Below, in pieces: positions 10,270 to 21,476 of a DNA stretch of 64,000 bases (positions are counted from its first letter, which is position 1; every line of letters starts with the position of its first letter). The position numbers and the translations under genes were made by a program. Where the stretch lies: the NCBI GenBank assembly GCA_963749705.1, contig CAVVNQ010000003.1, positions 352,001 to 416,000 on the forward strand. Reading direction: 5' to 3'. The stretch is from an uncultured Chloroflexia bacterium. Lineage in GTDB: Bacteria; Chloroflexota; Limnocylindria; Limnocylindrales; CSP1-4. Below the pieces are notes generated by a model. The model was not told the DNA's origin, made no database searches, and saw only the letters and a program-made list of their open reading frames with translations.

Positions 10270-10854
10270 ATGTCCGCCCGGATCGACGCGCTCGAGGTCG
10301 CCGCCCCGGACGTCGTGCGCGCCTGGCGGGGCATCGACGAGGGCGCCTTCATCTCCGTCCGTCGCATGGTCCGGCGCGGCGCCGGACCCGGCAGCGCGGC
10401 CGGGATCAGCGCGCAGCTGGCGGCCGTTGCCGCGGGCCTGTCCTCGATGGTCGAGGCGCTGCCCGATGCGGCGTTCACGATGCCCGGCGGCGAGGGCGAC
10501 TGGAACGTGGCCCAGACGCTGGGGCACGCGGCCGACTCGCGGGCAGGTCTCGCGCTCGCCGCCTCGCTGGCCGCGCGCGGGCGGTGGCCGTCCGACGCAC
10601 CCTCGGTCATACCGGGGATCCCGGGTCCCGTCGACGCAACGCGCGAGCAGCTGCTCCGCAGGATCGCGACCAGCCAGCGGATCGTGGAGCGGGCGGTGCG
10701 CGCCGTCGATGGCCACGAGATCGAGCCCTGCGCGCTGGATCACCCGCTGGTTGGCCGTCTGCGCTGCGGCGAGTGGCTGCTGTTCTCGGGCGTCCACGAT
10801 CTCATGCACCTCGAGCAGCTGGAGCGGCTCGAGCTCCGGCTGGCCGCCCGATGA
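10270..10854 (+). CDS. DinB/YfiT-like protein
   Basis: WNVAQTLGH, HPLVGRL and HDLMH give the His triad pattern. Confidence 0.8.
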   Translation: MSARIDALEVAAPDVVRAWRGIDEGAFISVRRMVRRGAGPGSAAGISAQLAAVAAGLSSMVEALPDAAFTMPGGEGDWNVAQTLGHAADSRAGLALAASLAARGRWPSDAPSVIPGIPGPVDATREQLLRRIATSQRIVERAVRAVDGHEIEPCALDHPLVGRLRCGEWLLFSGVHDLMHLEQLERLELRLAAR

Positions 10855-11339
10855 GCCTGCGTCCGGACTTCGTCGACTGCTGGATGTTCCGGGTGCGGGA
10901 TGCCGGCGCGGAGGTCCTGCTCATTCGGCGCTCGCCCGGCCGGATCCTGGCCGGCCTGTGGCAGTGCGTCTCGGGCAAGCTCGAGCCGGGGGAGCGGATC
11001 GCGGCCGGCGCGCTCCGCGAGCTGGCGGAGGAGACGGGCTTCGGACCGGCTGCCATCGAGGCGTTCTATGACCTCGACCTGGTCAACCAGTTCCACGAGC
11101 CGTCGGTCGATGCCGTCGTGATGGCCGCCGTGTTCGCGGTCCGCGTGCGACCCGAGTTCGAGCCGGTCCTGTCGCACGAGCACGATGGCGCCCGCTGGCT
11201 GCCGCTCGAGGCGGCGCACCGGGAGGTCGTGTGGCCGGCCTACCGGACCGCGATCGAGCGGATTCGCGACGACGTGCTCGACCCTGCGCGCGCGCCGTGG
11301 TTCGAGCTGGACGGCAACGGCGCGCGCGTCATCGGCTGA
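10851..11339 (+). CDS. NUDIX hydrolase (NudB-like)
   Basis: WQCVSG, Nudix box GKLEPGERIAAGALRELAEETG, and LSHEH. Confidence 0.88.
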   Translation: MSLRPDFVDCWMFRVRDAGAEVLLIRRSPGRILAGLWQCVSGKLEPGERIAAGALRELAEETGFGPAAIEAFYDLDLVNQFHEPSVDAVVMAAVFAVRVRPEFEPVLSHEHDGARWLPLEAAHREVVWPAYRTAIERIRDDVLDPARAPWFELDGNGARVIG

Positions 11340-11386
11340 ACGTTGCCGCTGCGCGCGATCCACTCCGGCTGCTTGCCCGGCGGAAG

Positions 11387-12262
11387 TCAGTAGCGTTCCG
11401 GGACGAAGGTCTGCTCGTCCATCGGTGGCCTGACGTAGCCTCGATCGGGCTCGCGCGGCGGCAGGACGATCGGCTCCGGCGTGAGGTCCTCGTACGGGAT
11501 CAGCGACAGGAGGTGGCTGATCACGTTGAGCCGCGCGCGCTTCTTGTCGTCGCCGTTGACCACGTACCAGGGCGCCTGCTTGATGTCCGTGTGGCGGAAC
11601 ATCTCGTCCTTGGCGACCGAGTACTCGACCCAGCGAGTCCGCGACATCAGGTCCATCGGGCTCAACTTCCAGCGCTTGGTCGGGTCGTCGATGCGGCCCT
11701 GGAACCGCTTCTCCTGCTCGGCGTCGCTGACCGAGAACCAGTACTTGATCAGGATGATCCCCGACCGAACGAGCATCCGCTCGAACTCCGGACAGGATCG
11801 ATAGAACTCCTCGATCTCGGCCGCCGTCGCGAAGCCCATCACCCGCTCGACACCGGCGCGGTTGTACCAGCTGCGGTCGAACAGCACGATCTCCCCGGCC
11901 GCGGGCAGGTGGGGGACGTAGCGCTGGAAATACCACTGCGAGCGCTCCCGCTCGGTGGGCGCCGGCAGCGCGACGACCCGGGCCACGCGCGGATTGAGCG
12001 CCAGTGTCAACGTCTTGATCGCGCCGCCCTTGCCGGCAGCGTCACGTCCCTCGAAGATCACGACCACCTTGAGGCCGCGCGCCTTGACCCATTCCTGGAG
12101 CTTCGCCAGCTCGACCTGGAGCTTGGCCAGCTCCGCGAGGTAGACACGGGCCGGCAGCTTGGGGGTCTTCCGCCGACCATCGCCGGCCGTGTCCTGATCG
12201 CCGGGGATGTTCGATTCCCGCGGCTTGCCGGTCGCGGCCGGCCTGGCCTTGCCCTTCGCCAT
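11387..12262 (-). CDS. ppk2: polyphosphate kinase 2
   Basis: FEGRDAAGKGG, FDRSWYNRAGVERVMGF and WKLSPMD. Confidence 0.95.
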   Translation of the reverse strand: MAKGKARPAATGKPRESNIPGDQDTAGDGRRKTPKLPARVYLAELAKLQVELAKLQEWVKARGLKVVVIFEGRDAAGKGGAIKTLTLALNPRVARVVALPAPTERERSQWYFQRYVPHLPAAGEIVLFDRSWYNRAGVERVMGFATAAEIEEFYRSCPEFERMLVRSGIILIKYWFSVSDAEQEKRFQGRIDDPTKRWKLSPMDLMSRTRWVEYSVAKDEMFRHTDIKQAPWYVVNGDDKKRARLNVISHLLSLIPYEDLTPEPIVLPPREPDRGYVRPPMDEQTFVPERY

Positions 12263-12379
12263 CGCGCTCGCCCTTTCGTCGATCCGCCGTGGGTTCTCCC
12301 CGGATTATGGCCCTGCCCGTCGAACGCTAGACTCTGGGCAGGCGATGGAGGCGGCCCGATTGCTCGAGAGGACGGCGGA

Positions 12380-13546
12380 ATGACCGAGACGTTGGCGAAC
12401 CGGCGGGTCTTCCGCTCAAAGGTCGATGCGATCCGACCCACCTACGGGTTCGACGATGTCTCGCTGGCCCCAGGCACCGACACGGTCGACCCTGCCGACG
12501 TGGTCCTGGCGCAGGAGTTCTGCGGCCTGCCGCTCGAGATCCCGGTCCTGGCCGCCGCCATGGACGCGGTCGTCGACGTCGCCCTGTCCGCCGAGATGGC
12601 CCGGCTGGGTGGTCTGGCCGTGCTCAACCTCGAGGGCGTGCAGACCCGCTACGACGACCCGTCGACGGTGCTCGACCGGATCGTCGATGCGCCCGACGAC
12701 CGCATCCAGGACCTGCTCGCCGAGGCCTACGCGGCGCCGATCCGCGAGGAGCTCATCGCTCGGCGGATCGACGAGCTGCACGCGGCCGGGTCCAAGGCCG
12801 CGGTGTCCGCGACCCCCGGCGTCGCGCGCCGGTTCGGGCCGTTCTGCGCCGAGCACGGCGCCGACCTGTTCCTCGTCCAGTCGCAGGTCTCGTCGGCACG
12901 CCACCTGGCGACCGGCTACGAGCCCCTCGCGCTGGACGACTTCACGCGGTTCATGCCGATCCCGGTCGCCGTGGGCAACACCACCAACGCCGACGCCGCG
13001 TACCAGCTGATGGAGCAGGGTGCGGCAGCCATCTTCGTGGGCGTCGGGCCCGGCGCAGCGTGCACGACGCGCGAGGTGCTGGGGATCGGGATCCCGCAGG
13101 TGAGCGCGATCGCGGACGTGGCGGCGGCGCGAGACCTGTTCCACGCGGAAACCGCGCGCTACGTTCCGGTGGTCGCGGATGGCGGGATGAAACGGGGTGG
13201 TGACGTCGCCAAGGCGCTGGCTGCAGGCGCCGATGTCGTGATGCTCGGCTCGCCGCTCGCACGCGCATCGGAGGCACCGGGCCGAGGCACGAACTGGGGG
13301 ATGGCGGCCCCGTCGCCGGTCCTGCCGCGCGGCACCAGGATCCGGGTGGGAACGGTCGGACCGCTGGACCAGATCCTCAACGGCCCGTCGCACGTGACCG
13401 ACGGCACGCAGAACCTGATGGGTGCGCTCCGGCAGTCGATGGCCGCACTGGGAGCGCGCACGATCGCCGACATGCACGAGGTCGAGATCGTGTACGCGCC
13501 GTCGGTCGCCACCGAGGGCAAGTCCTGGCAGTTGCGCGGGAGGTAG
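12380..13546 (+). CDS. guaB: GuaB3-family IMP dehydrogenase (no CBS domains)
   Basis: YGFDDVSLAPG, LNLEG, catalytic loop GVGPGAACTTR, ADGG and WGMA. Confidence 0.9.
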   Translation: MTETLANRRVFRSKVDAIRPTYGFDDVSLAPGTDTVDPADVVLAQEFCGLPLEIPVLAAAMDAVVDVALSAEMARLGGLAVLNLEGVQTRYDDPSTVLDRIVDAPDDRIQDLLAEAYAAPIREELIARRIDELHAAGSKAAVSATPGVARRFGPFCAEHGADLFLVQSQVSSARHLATGYEPLALDDFTRFMPIPVAVGNTTNADAAYQLMEQGAAAIFVGVGPGAACTTREVLGIGIPQVSAIADVAAARDLFHAETARYVPVVADGGMKRGGDVAKALAAGADVVMLGSPLARASEAPGRGTNWGMAAPSPVLPRGTRIRVGTVGPLDQILNGPSHVTDGTQNLMGALRQSMAALGARTIADMHEVEIVYAPSVATEGKSWQLRGR

Positions 13547-13577
13547 CGGCGCGGCCGTCGACGCGCCCGGCGTCGGC

Positions 13578-14027
13578 CTACGCGCGGTGCGGACCCGTGG
13601 CCGTGCGCGCGTCCTCGCCCAGGATCCCGCGCTCGGTCAGCGCGGCCGCAAATCCCTCGAGATCTTCCGCGCCGACGTAGACCGCCGGGACGCGGAGGAA
13701 GGACCACCGGACCGGCGTCCGGAAGTCGAGACGCACGCCGCCACGCGGGCTGCCGGCGAACGTGACGTCGCCGTGGCGGATGCTCAACCGCACGCCGATG
13801 GCCGTGATCCAGCGCCACGGACCCTCGATCCGCCAGTGGCTGATGTTGGTCATCTCAGCCCGCAGCTCGAACCGGCCGAACCGGACGACGACGTTGTCCT
13901 CGCCGACCCAGGCCCAGGCTCGCGCGGGCGTCGCGCCGAACACGATCCGCAGCAGCCCCGCCGACCGGTCGCCGATCCGGATCGGGTAGCGCTTGTGCTC
14001 CGATGCGCCAGCCACATCGATCGTCAT
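13578..14027 (-). CDS. hypothetical beta-rich protein (possible bacterial PH-like fold)
   Basis: AGGAAAGGG RBS before the ATG; protein-like sequence filling the guaB3-guaA gap. Confidence 0.65.
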   Translation of the reverse strand: MTIDVAGASEHKRYPIRIGDRSAGLLRIVFGATPARAWAWVGEDNVVVRFGRFELRAEMTNISHWRIEGPWRWITAIGVRLSIRHGDVTFAGSPRGGVRLDFRTPVRWSFLRVPAVYVGAEDLEGFAAALTERGILGEDARTATGPHRA

Positions 14028-14157
14028 GGACGGCAACCCCTTTCCTGGTGGTGACGTCGGTCGCGTGAGGTCGATCCGCTGCGGCGGGCGTGGCCCTCGC
14101 GCGCCACCGGCCGGTAGACTCTGCGCACACCATCGCACGTTGACGCGGGAGGGGTCA

Positions 14158-15924
14158 TTGGCCGAGCCGGAGGAGTCATCGCAGCCCGTCGACGAGGATG
14201 CCGGGCGGCGCGGCAAGACGGTCCATGGGGAGCCCGCGAATGCCGGCCACCGGGTGCTCGCGCCGGATGACGCCGAGTTCGAGGCGTACCTGGAGGTCGC
14301 GCTCGACGCCCCCGCCCCGGCCCGCACGCCGGAGGATCGCCCACCACCCACGGCCATCCCCGAGCCGGGCAGCGTGGCCGTCCTCGACTTCGGCAGCCAG
14401 TTCGCCCAGCTGATCGCGCGGCGGGTCCGCGAGCTCCACGTCTACTCGGAGCTGCTGCCCCACGACACCCCCATCGCCGAGCTCGAGCGGCGCGGCGTTC
14501 GCGCGATCATCCTGTCCGGTGGCCCGAACTCGGTCTATGACGACGCGGCGCCGAAGGCGCATGCCTCGATCTGGAGCGGGCGGATCCCCGTCCTCGGCAT
14601 CTGCTACGGCGCCCAGCTGATGGCGCTCGAGCTGGGTGGCGACGTGCTGCCGGCGTCCCGCCGCGAGTACGGGCCGGCGACGGTGCAGCTCACCCGGGAC
14701 GACGGGCTGTTCGACGGCATCGAGCGCGAGCAGGCGGTCTGGATGAGCCACGGCGATTCGATCACCCGGCTGCCCGAAGGGTTCCACGCCACGGCGCAGA
14801 CCGATTCGACGCCCTACGCGGGCCTCGCGGCGCCGGATCGGAACCTGTACGGCATCCAGTTCCACCCGGAGGTCGTCCATACCCCCCGGGGACGCGACGT
14901 CCTGCGCAACTTCGTCACCGGGATCGCCGGCGTCGAGCCGAGCTGGACGCCGGCCAACTTCGCGGACACGACGATCGCCGCGATCCGCGATCGGGTCGAC
15001 CGCCACGCGAGCGAGACCGGCTCCCAGGGCCAGGTCATCTGCGCCCTGTCAGGCGGTGTCGATTCCGCGGTGGCGGCCGCGCTCGTCCATCGGGCGGTCG
15101 GCGACCGGCTGACGTGCATCTACGTCGACCACGGCCTGATGCGCAAGAAGGAGTCGGAGCTCCTGCGGGTGACGTTCGAGGCGAACCTCGGCATGCGCCT
15201 GGTCATGGTCGATGCCCGCGAGCGGTTCCTCGCCCGCCTGGCGGGTGTCACGGATCCGGAGCAGAAGCGACGGATCATCGGCAGCGAGTTCATCCGCGTG
15301 TTCGAGGAGGAGGCCGCCAAGCTGGGTCGGATCGACTTCCTCACCCAGGGCACGCTGTACCCGGACGTGATCGAGTCCACGACCCCCGAGACGAAGACCG
15401 CGCAGAAGATCAAGACCCACCATAACGTCGGCGGCCTGCCGGCCGACCTTCGGTTCCAGCTCATCGAGCCGCTCCGGTACCTGTTCAAGGACGAGGTGCG
15501 GCTGGTGGGCCTCGAGCTCGGCCTGCCGGACGCGATGGTCCATCGCCAGCCGTTCCCGGGCCCCGGCCTCGCGATCCGGATCATCGGAGAGGTCACCGCC
15601 GAACGGCTGGACACGCTGCGGGACGCCGACTGGATCGTGATCGACGAGATCAAGGCAGCGGGGCTGTATCGCAACGTGTGGCAGTCGTTCGCGATCCTGA
15701 CGCCGGTCCGATCGGTCGGCGTCATGGGCGACGGACGGACGTACGCGAACGTCGTCGCGATCCGCGCCGTCACCTCGGAGGACGGCATGACGGCCGACTG
15801 GGCCAAGCTGCCCTACGACGTGCTGGGCAGGATCTCGTCCCGGATCGTCAACGAGGTCCCGGGCGTCAACCGTGTCGTGTACGACATCAGCAGCAAGCCC
15901 CCGGCCACGATCGAGTGGGAGTAA
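14158..15924 (+). CDS. guaA: glutamine-hydrolysing GMP synthase
   Basis: [31 protein letters not shown] and KPPATIEWE; start uncertain (TTG after GGAGG). Confidence 0.96.
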   Translation: MAEPEESSQPVDEDAGRRGKTVHGEPANAGHRVLAPDDAEFEAYLEVALDAPAPARTPEDRPPPTAIPEPGSVAVLDFGSQFAQLIARRVRELHVYSELLPHDTPIAELERRGVRAIILSGGPNSVYDDAAPKAHASIWSGRIPVLGICYGAQLMALELGGDVLPASRREYGPATVQLTRDDGLFDGIEREQAVWMSHGDSITRLPEGFHATAQTDSTPYAGLAAPDRNLYGIQFHPEVVHTPRGRDVLRNFVTGIAGVEPSWTPANFADTTIAAIRDRVDRHASETGSQGQVICALSGGVDSAVAAALVHRAVGDRLTCIYVDHGLMRKKESELLRVTFEANLGMRLVMVDARERFLARLAGVTDPEQKRRIIGSEFIRVFEEEAAKLGRIDFLTQGTLYPDVIESTTPETKTAQKIKTHHNVGGLPADLRFQLIEPLRYLFKDEVRLVGLELGLPDAMVHRQPFPGPGLAIRIIGEVTAERLDTLRDADWIVIDEIKAAGLYRNVWQSFAILTPVRSVGVMGDGRTYANVVAIRAVTSEDGMTADWAKLPYDVLGRISSRIVNEVPGVNRVVYDISSKPPATIEWE

Positions 15925-15978
15925 TGGATAGCCTGAACGGGGGATATCGGGACTTCCCCGGTGGGCTACAGTGCGCAC

Positions 15979-16500
15979 ATGGCCGATCAGACGAGCGGTC
16001 CGGTCACCACATGCCAGTGGTGCTCGGCCAAGCTTCCCGCCCCTGACGTCGAGCACTGCCCCTCCTGTGGAGCGGCGCTCACCAGCGCGACGGGAACCGA
16101 GCCCGAGCTTCCCGGTGTGACCGCGCTCGATCCGCAGGCCATCATCGGAGCCCGCTCCGGATCTTCTCGACCACGGAACCGGATCCTGTCGTTCCTCAGC
16201 GGCGACATGGCGCCCGATGAGGGCCGTCCACTGGACCCGTCGTCGGTTGCGCCGCCGTCGGACGCGGTGCGGCGCGAGATGCTCCGCCTCCAGATCGACG
16301 CGGAGCGGGCAGACCTCGAGGCCGAGGCCATCGCGCTCAAGTCGGATGCGCTCGCCCATCGCGGCATTCCGCTCGCGGAGCTCAACGCCCTCGATGCCGC
16401 GGCGCGAGCCGACGCGGACGTGATGGTGCCGGACGCCGGCGCCGACAAGATCGAGGTGCCCGCGGCACCACCCGCGCCGGGAGACACGCCCGGCGCCTGA
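15979..16500 (+). CDS. zinc-ribbon domain protein
   Basis: CQWC...CPSCG. Confidence 0.75.
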   Translation: MADQTSGPVTTCQWCSAKLPAPDVEHCPSCGAALTSATGTEPELPGVTALDPQAIIGARSGSSRPRNRILSFLSGDMAPDEGRPLDPSSVAPPSDAVRREMLRLQIDAERADLEAEAIALKSDALAHRGIPLAELNALDAAARADADVMVPDAGADKIEVPAAPPAPGDTPGA

Positions 16501-16528
16501 CAGGGGCGCGCCGGGTATCCTCGGCCGC

Positions 16529-16987
16529 GTGCCAGATCGACTGCCGCATCCGGGTCCGTCGTTCCTGCGCGAGCAGGTCGTGCGCGTCGGCGAGCGACGC
16601 CTCCAGGCCGGGATGGCCAAGCCGGTCGACGGCCCCGACGACTGGTGGCTCGCCGTGCTGTGGGTTGCCGATGACGAAGGCGTCGTGAGCTTCCGTGAGG
16701 TCGGCCCTGTCGCGGGTCCGCCACCCGAACCGCCCCTGCTGCGCCTCGGGCCACTGTTCGCCGGGGCACTGTCGGGGATGATCCGCGAGGAGGACGGACG
16801 GCTCGCCATCAAGCTCGCGCCTCTCGTGCCACCTGACGACGACGCCCGACCATGGCGAGCACCGCTGGCCATCCGGGCCGCTGTTCGCTGGGAGCCCGCG
16901 TTGCTGGTCACGCTCCCGCCCAACCAGCTCGCCGAGCAGGTCCTGGCCGGCTTCCGGCGATCGGTCGAGTCGCTGTCCCGCCCCTGA
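16529..16987 (+). CDS. hypothetical protein
   Basis: GTG 7 nt after TATCCT; protein-like composition. Confidence 0.7.
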   Translation: MPDRLPHPGPSFLREQVVRVGERRLQAGMAKPVDGPDDWWLAVLWVADDEGVVSFREVGPVAGPPPEPPLLRLGPLFAGALSGMIREEDGRLAIKLAPLVPPDDDARPWRAPLAIRAAVRWEPALLVTLPPNQLAEQVLAGFRRSVESLSRP

Positions 16988-17065
16988 TCGACGGGCGGCG
17001 CCGGCCGGCGCGACGATGACTCGCCCGTTCGCCGGGAACGCCCGAGTCACATAGACTCATCCGGG

Positions 17066-20000
17066 ATGACAGACCTGTTCGATGAGTTCATGCGCGAGCT
17101 GGAGCGCCGCCGCGCAGAGGCGGAGGGCCGATCGCCGCGGTCGCACGGCGATGACGAGCATCCCTCGGACGGGAACGGGGATGAGGACGCGGACGCCGGC
17201 GACGGCGAGGTAGAGGGCTCCGACGCCGCGGGCGATTCCGACGGCGAGACGTCCGTCGAGTCGGACGACCAACCCAGCCCCGAGCCCATCCCGCTCCGGC
17301 GGCGCCGACGGCGCGCCGGCGGACCGCCACGAACCCCGCGTCCGCCTCGACCCGTCGGCGGTCCGACGGACGGGGCGCGACCTCCCTCGATCGGCGGGAT
17401 CCTGCGTCGGATGGGCGCCGCCCTCGTCATCGCCGTGGTCCTGTTCGTCGTCATCCTGGCCGGTACGACGGTCGACATCTGGACCGATGCCATCTGGTAT
17501 CAGAGCGTCGGCTTCGACGCCGTGTTCTGGACCCGCCTCGGCGCGCAGGTCGGCCTGTTCGCGGCCGCGCTCGCGATCGCGCTCGTGGTCCTGCTCGGCA
17601 ACCTGGTCGTGGCCGGACGCCTGGCGCCGCCGCCCGATCCCGAGCGTCCCGGGCGGCTGCGCGCGATCGCCAGCCGTCTCGGCGAGGCGCAGCGGCAGGC
17701 CGAGCGAAGCGCGAGGGCGGGCGGCCAGCTCCGCGGCCCGTTCGGCGGCCCGCTCGGGGGTGGGCCCGGTGTGCGGGACGAGGGCACGTTCGTGTTCGAG
17801 CCCGAGGATCTGCCCGATATCGTCCCGATCGGGCGCTGGGTGATCGCCGGGTTCGCGGTCCTCCTTGCGCTGGGCGTGGCCGGCACCGTCTCGGGCGCCT
17901 GGGACACGATCCTGCTGTGGGCGAACCGGGTGCCGTTCTCGCCGACGGCATCGGTCACGGACCCCGTGTTCGGCAAGGACATCAGCTTCTTCCTGTTCGA
18001 GCTGCCGTTCTTCCGGCTTGCCCAGACCCTCGTCAACGGGCTATTGCTGGCATCGCTCGCGGTCGCCGGTGCGCGGTACCTGGTCGCCGCGTCACGCGGC
18101 GGCGAGGTGTTCATCACGCGGGTCCGGGTGCACCTTGCCGTGCTGGCGGGGCTGTACCTGCTGTCGGTGGCGTTCGGCTACCAGCTCGACAAGTACGAGC
18201 TGGTGTACAGCGGGTCCGGCGTCTCGATCGGCGTCTCGTTCACGGACGCCAACGCGCGGTTCCTGGCCTATGACGTGCTCACCTTCCTGTCGGGCATCGC
18301 CGGCGCCCTCCTGATCGCCGGAGCGTTCACCCGCTGGCTGTGGCCGCTCGGTCTCATCGTCATCGTGTGGTTCAGCGCCTCGATCGTGCTCGGCCAGCTG
18401 TACCCGGAGGCGATCCAGCGGTTCAGCGTCGATCCCAACACGTTTGCCCAGGAGGAGCAGTACATCGCGAACAACATCGCGATGACGCGGCTTGCCTTCG
18501 GGCTCGACGAATGGACGTCGCAGCCATACACGGGCGACCAGCCGCTCACACAGGCCGCGATCGACAACGAATCCGACACGTTCACGAATGCCCGCCTGTG
18601 GGACTACCGGCCCCTCCAGGCCACGCTCGACCAGCTGCAGACGGTGCGCCAGTACTACGACTTCATCGACGTCGACACCGACCGCTACATGATCAACGGC
18701 AAGCTGCGCCAGGTGATGCTGTCGGCGCGCGAGCTCGCGATCCAGAAGAACCCGGCGGCCACCAGCTGGGTCAACGAGCGGGTCATCTACACCCACGGCG
18801 TGGGCCTGGCCATGGTGCCCGTGAACGAGGTCACGCCCGAAGGTCAGCCGCGCCTGTGGATCCGCGACCTGCCACCGGTGTCGAGCAACGATGCGCCGAC
18901 CGTGACCCAGCCGCGCATCTACTTCGGTGAGGGCGATGACCACTACGTCGTCGTCGGTGCCCGCCAGGCCGAGTTCGACTACCCGCTCGACACGAGCGCG
19001 GGCAGCAGCGACGAGAAGACGACCTGGACCGGCACCACCGGGATCAGGCTCGATTCGACGCTCACCCGGCTGCTGTACGCGCTCCGGTTCCGAGACCTGG
19101 ACCTGCTGATCTCGGACCAGATCCAGGCCGACAGCCAGCTCCTGTTCCACCGCACGCTCAACGACCGGCTGGGGATGATCGCGCCGTTCCTGCGCTTCGA
19201 CAAGGACCCGTACCTGGTCGTGGACGACGACACCGGGCGCCTCGTCTACGTCCAGGACGCCTACACGGTCAGCGACCAATTCCCGCACGCCACGTGGTTC
19301 AACCCCTCGGACCTCGGCGGACCCACCGGCCTCGGTGGTGGCCAGTTCAACTACATCCGCAACAGCGTCAAGATCACGATGGACGCCTACGACGGCACGA
19401 TGCACCTGTACGTGGCGGATCCGAGCGACCCGCTCATCCGCGCCTGGCAGGGGATCTTCCCGAGCCTGTTCACGAGCATGGACCAGCTGCCGTCCGGGAT
19501 CGCCGCGCACCTCCGGGTCCCCGAGGAGCTGTTCAACGTCCAGACGCGGATGTTCGGGCGCTACCACGTGACCCAGCCGCTGGTGTTCTTCTCGAACAAC
19601 GACCGCTGGACCGTGCCCGATGCGCAGACGAACGAGCAGAGCCTCGCGACCGAGGCGTACTACGTGGTGATGCGGCTGCCGGGCGAGGATTCCTCGGAGT
19701 TCCTGCTGATCCAGCCCATGATCGCGGCCAGCCGGCCCAACATGATCAGCTGGGTCGCGGCCCGCAACGACGCACCGAACTACGGGACCGTGCGGGTGTT
19801 CCAGTTCCCGGCCGACACCACCATCTTCGGACCGGCACAGATCGAGGCCCGGATCGACCAGGACTCCACGATCAGCGGGCAGATCACGCTCTGGAACCAG
19901 AGCGGGAGCCGGGTCATCCGCGGCAACCTGATCGTCGTCCCGGTGGGGAACTCGCTGGTCTACCTCCAGCCGGTGTACCTGCAGTCGACCTCGGCCCAGT

Positions 20001-20365
20001 TCCCGGAGTTCCGCAAGATCGTCGTCGGTAGCCCGACCACGATCGTCTGGGGCGACACCCTGAGCGAGGCGCTCAAGCAGCTGCTCGCGGTTCAGGGTGG
20101 CAGCCCGGGCACGACCCCGACGCCGGGGCCGACGCCGACGCCCGGCGCGTCCGCGACCCCGAGGCCGACCCTGCCACCCGGCAGCGAGCTGCCATCCGAT
20201 GTCGACGGTCTCGTTGCCTATGCCAACCAGCACTTCGAGCTGGCCCAGCAGGCGCTGCGCGCCGGTGACTTCGCAACGTACGGCACGGAGATCGGGCACG
20301 TCGAGAACGCGCTCCAGCGGCTGGGCGAGCTGACCGGATCGCCGGGAGCCAGCCAGCAGCCGTGA
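17066..20365 (+). CDS. UPF0182 family membrane protein
   Basis: DPVFGKDISFFLFELP, NARLWD, DVDTDRY, YTHG, PRIYFGE, NYIRNSVK and IRGNLIVVP. Confidence 0.93.
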   Translation: MTDLFDEFMRELERRRAEAEGRSPRSHGDDEHPSDGNGDEDADAGDGEVEGSDAAGDSDGETSVESDDQPSPEPIPLRRRRRRAGGPPRTPRPPRPVGGPTDGARPPSIGGILRRMGAALVIAVVLFVVILAGTTVDIWTDAIWYQSVGFDAVFWTRLGAQVGLFAAALAIALVVLLGNLVVAGRLAPPPDPERPGRLRAIASRLGEAQRQAERSARAGGQLRGPFGGPLGGGPGVRDEGTFVFEPEDLPDIVPIGRWVIAGFAVLLALGVAGTVSGAWDTILLWANRVPFSPTASVTDPVFGKDISFFLFELPFFRLAQTLVNGLLLASLAVAGARYLVAASRGGEVFITRVRVHLAVLAGLYLLSVAFGYQLDKYELVYSGSGVSIGVSFTDANARFLAYDVLTFLSGIAGALLIAGAFTRWLWPLGLIVIVWFSASIVLGQLYPEAIQRFSVDPNTFAQEEQYIANNIAMTRLAFGLDEWTSQPYTGDQPLTQAAIDNESDTFTNARLWDYRPLQATLDQLQTVRQYYDFIDVDTDRYMINGKLRQVMLSARELAIQKNPAATSWVNERVIYTHGVGLAMVPVNEVTPEGQPRLWIRDLPPVSSNDAPTVTQPRIYFGEGDDHYVVVGARQAEFDYPLDTSAGSSDEKTTWTGTTGIRLDSTLTRLLYALRFRDLDLLISDQIQADSQLLFHRTLNDRLGMIAPFLRFDKDPYLVVDDDTGRLVYVQDAYTVSDQFPHATWFNPSDLGGPTGLGGGQFNYIRNSVKITMDAYDGTMHLYVADPSDPLIRAWQGIFPSLFTSMDQLPSGIAAHLRVPEELFNVQTRMFGRYHVTQPLVFFSNNDRWTVPDAQTNEQSLATEAYYVVMRLPGEDSSEFLLIQPMIAASRPNMISWVAARNDAPNYGTVRVFQFPADTTIFGPAQIEARIDQDSTISGQITLWNQSGSRVIRGNLIVVPVGNSLVYLQPVYLQSTSAQFPEFRKIVVGSPTTIVWGDTLSEALKQLLAVQGGSPGTTPTPGPTPTPGASATPRPTLPPGSELPSDVDGLVAYANQHFELAQQALRAGDFATYGTEIGHVENALQRLGELTGSPGASQQP

Positions 20366-21363
20366 TCCGGGGCGCCGCGACGGGGCTGCGAGCGGGGCCA
20401 CCGGCGGCGGCTCGCGCACGATTGCCCTGGCGGACGGCCATCGCGTCGGCGTTCGTCACGACGCTCATCCGGCCTGCCGCCTGGGCCTTCGGGCTGCTCG
20501 GGTTCCTGGCCGGCGGCGGCATCGTCCTGGTCGCGTGGCCGATCCTCGTGCTGCCGACGCCGACCGGGCTGCAGAACGACCTCGGTGGGCCGGCCAACAG
20601 GCTCGTGCTCGGGACGCCGTCGGTCGAGCTGGTGGTGGTCGCCGTCGCTGCCGTCCTGGTGGGCGTGGCGATCGTGATCACCGCGTGTGCCGTCGGTGCG
20701 TGGGCCGAGCGGCAGGGGATCCAGGTCGCGCTCGATGCCGCGACCGCCGAGGGCCTGGCGGTGGAGCCCGGCAACCTCGCCGGTGCTCCCGGCGTCGGTC
20801 GGATCACGGTGATCCGGCTGCTGGCGCTGGCGCCGGTGCTGGTTGCCATCGCCCTCGCGTGGGGCCCGGTATACGACGTCGCGTACCACGAGCTGATCCT
20901 GCCGGAGGACCTCGTCACGCCGCTCCCGCTGCGTGTGGTGCGCCAGGTCCCGGCCCTGCTTGCCGGCGTCGGCGCCGTATGGCTCGTGTCCGATGCTGCC
21001 GGCGCGATCGCCGTGCGCCACCTCGTCCTCAACCGTCGATCGATCGGACGTGCCTGGCTGCTCGGCTGGGCGGACGTCGTGCGCCTCCCGGTTCGGACGC
21101 TGGCCACCGCCGTCGTGGGGCTCGTGACCATGGTGCTGCTGCTCGGCCCGGCGCTCCTGGCGTCGGGAAGCGGCTGGTCGCGCGTCCGGGATCTCATGCT
21201 GGGTAACGCGGACCCGCTCAGCGCACTCGCGGCAGTGGTCATCTGGGTCACGATATGGCTCGCCGGCCTGGCTCTGGTCGGGGTTGCCGTCGCGGCGCGG
21301 GCCGCAGCCTGGACGTTCGCGACGGCTCGCCTCCGTCACGAGGACCCCCGCCCCGGCGTCTGA
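20362..21363 (+). CDS. multi-pass membrane protein
   Basis: Several hydrophobic helices; GTGA overlap with the UPF0182 stop. Confidence 0.7.
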   Translation: MIRGAATGLRAGPPAAARARLPWRTAIASAFVTTLIRPAAWAFGLLGFLAGGGIVLVAWPILVLPTPTGLQNDLGGPANRLVLGTPSVELVVVAVAAVLVGVAIVITACAVGAWAERQGIQVALDAATAEGLAVEPGNLAGAPGVGRITVIRLLALAPVLVAIALAWGPVYDVAYHELILPEDLVTPLPLRVVRQVPALLAGVGAVWLVSDAAGAIAVRHLVLNRRSIGRAWLLGWADVVRLPVRTLATAVVGLVTMVLLLGPALLASGSGWSRVRDLMLGNADPLSALAAVVIWVTIWLAGLALVGVAVAARAAAWTFATARLRHEDPRPGV

Positions 21364-21476
21364 GCGCCGGCGCGCGGGCGCCAGCGCCCGGGAACCCGGG
21401 CGACCCCTGTTACACTGCCGAGCGCCGCGTGCCTTCGGGCACGCTTCGCGCCCGCTGGGAGGCCCCACGCCGCCGC

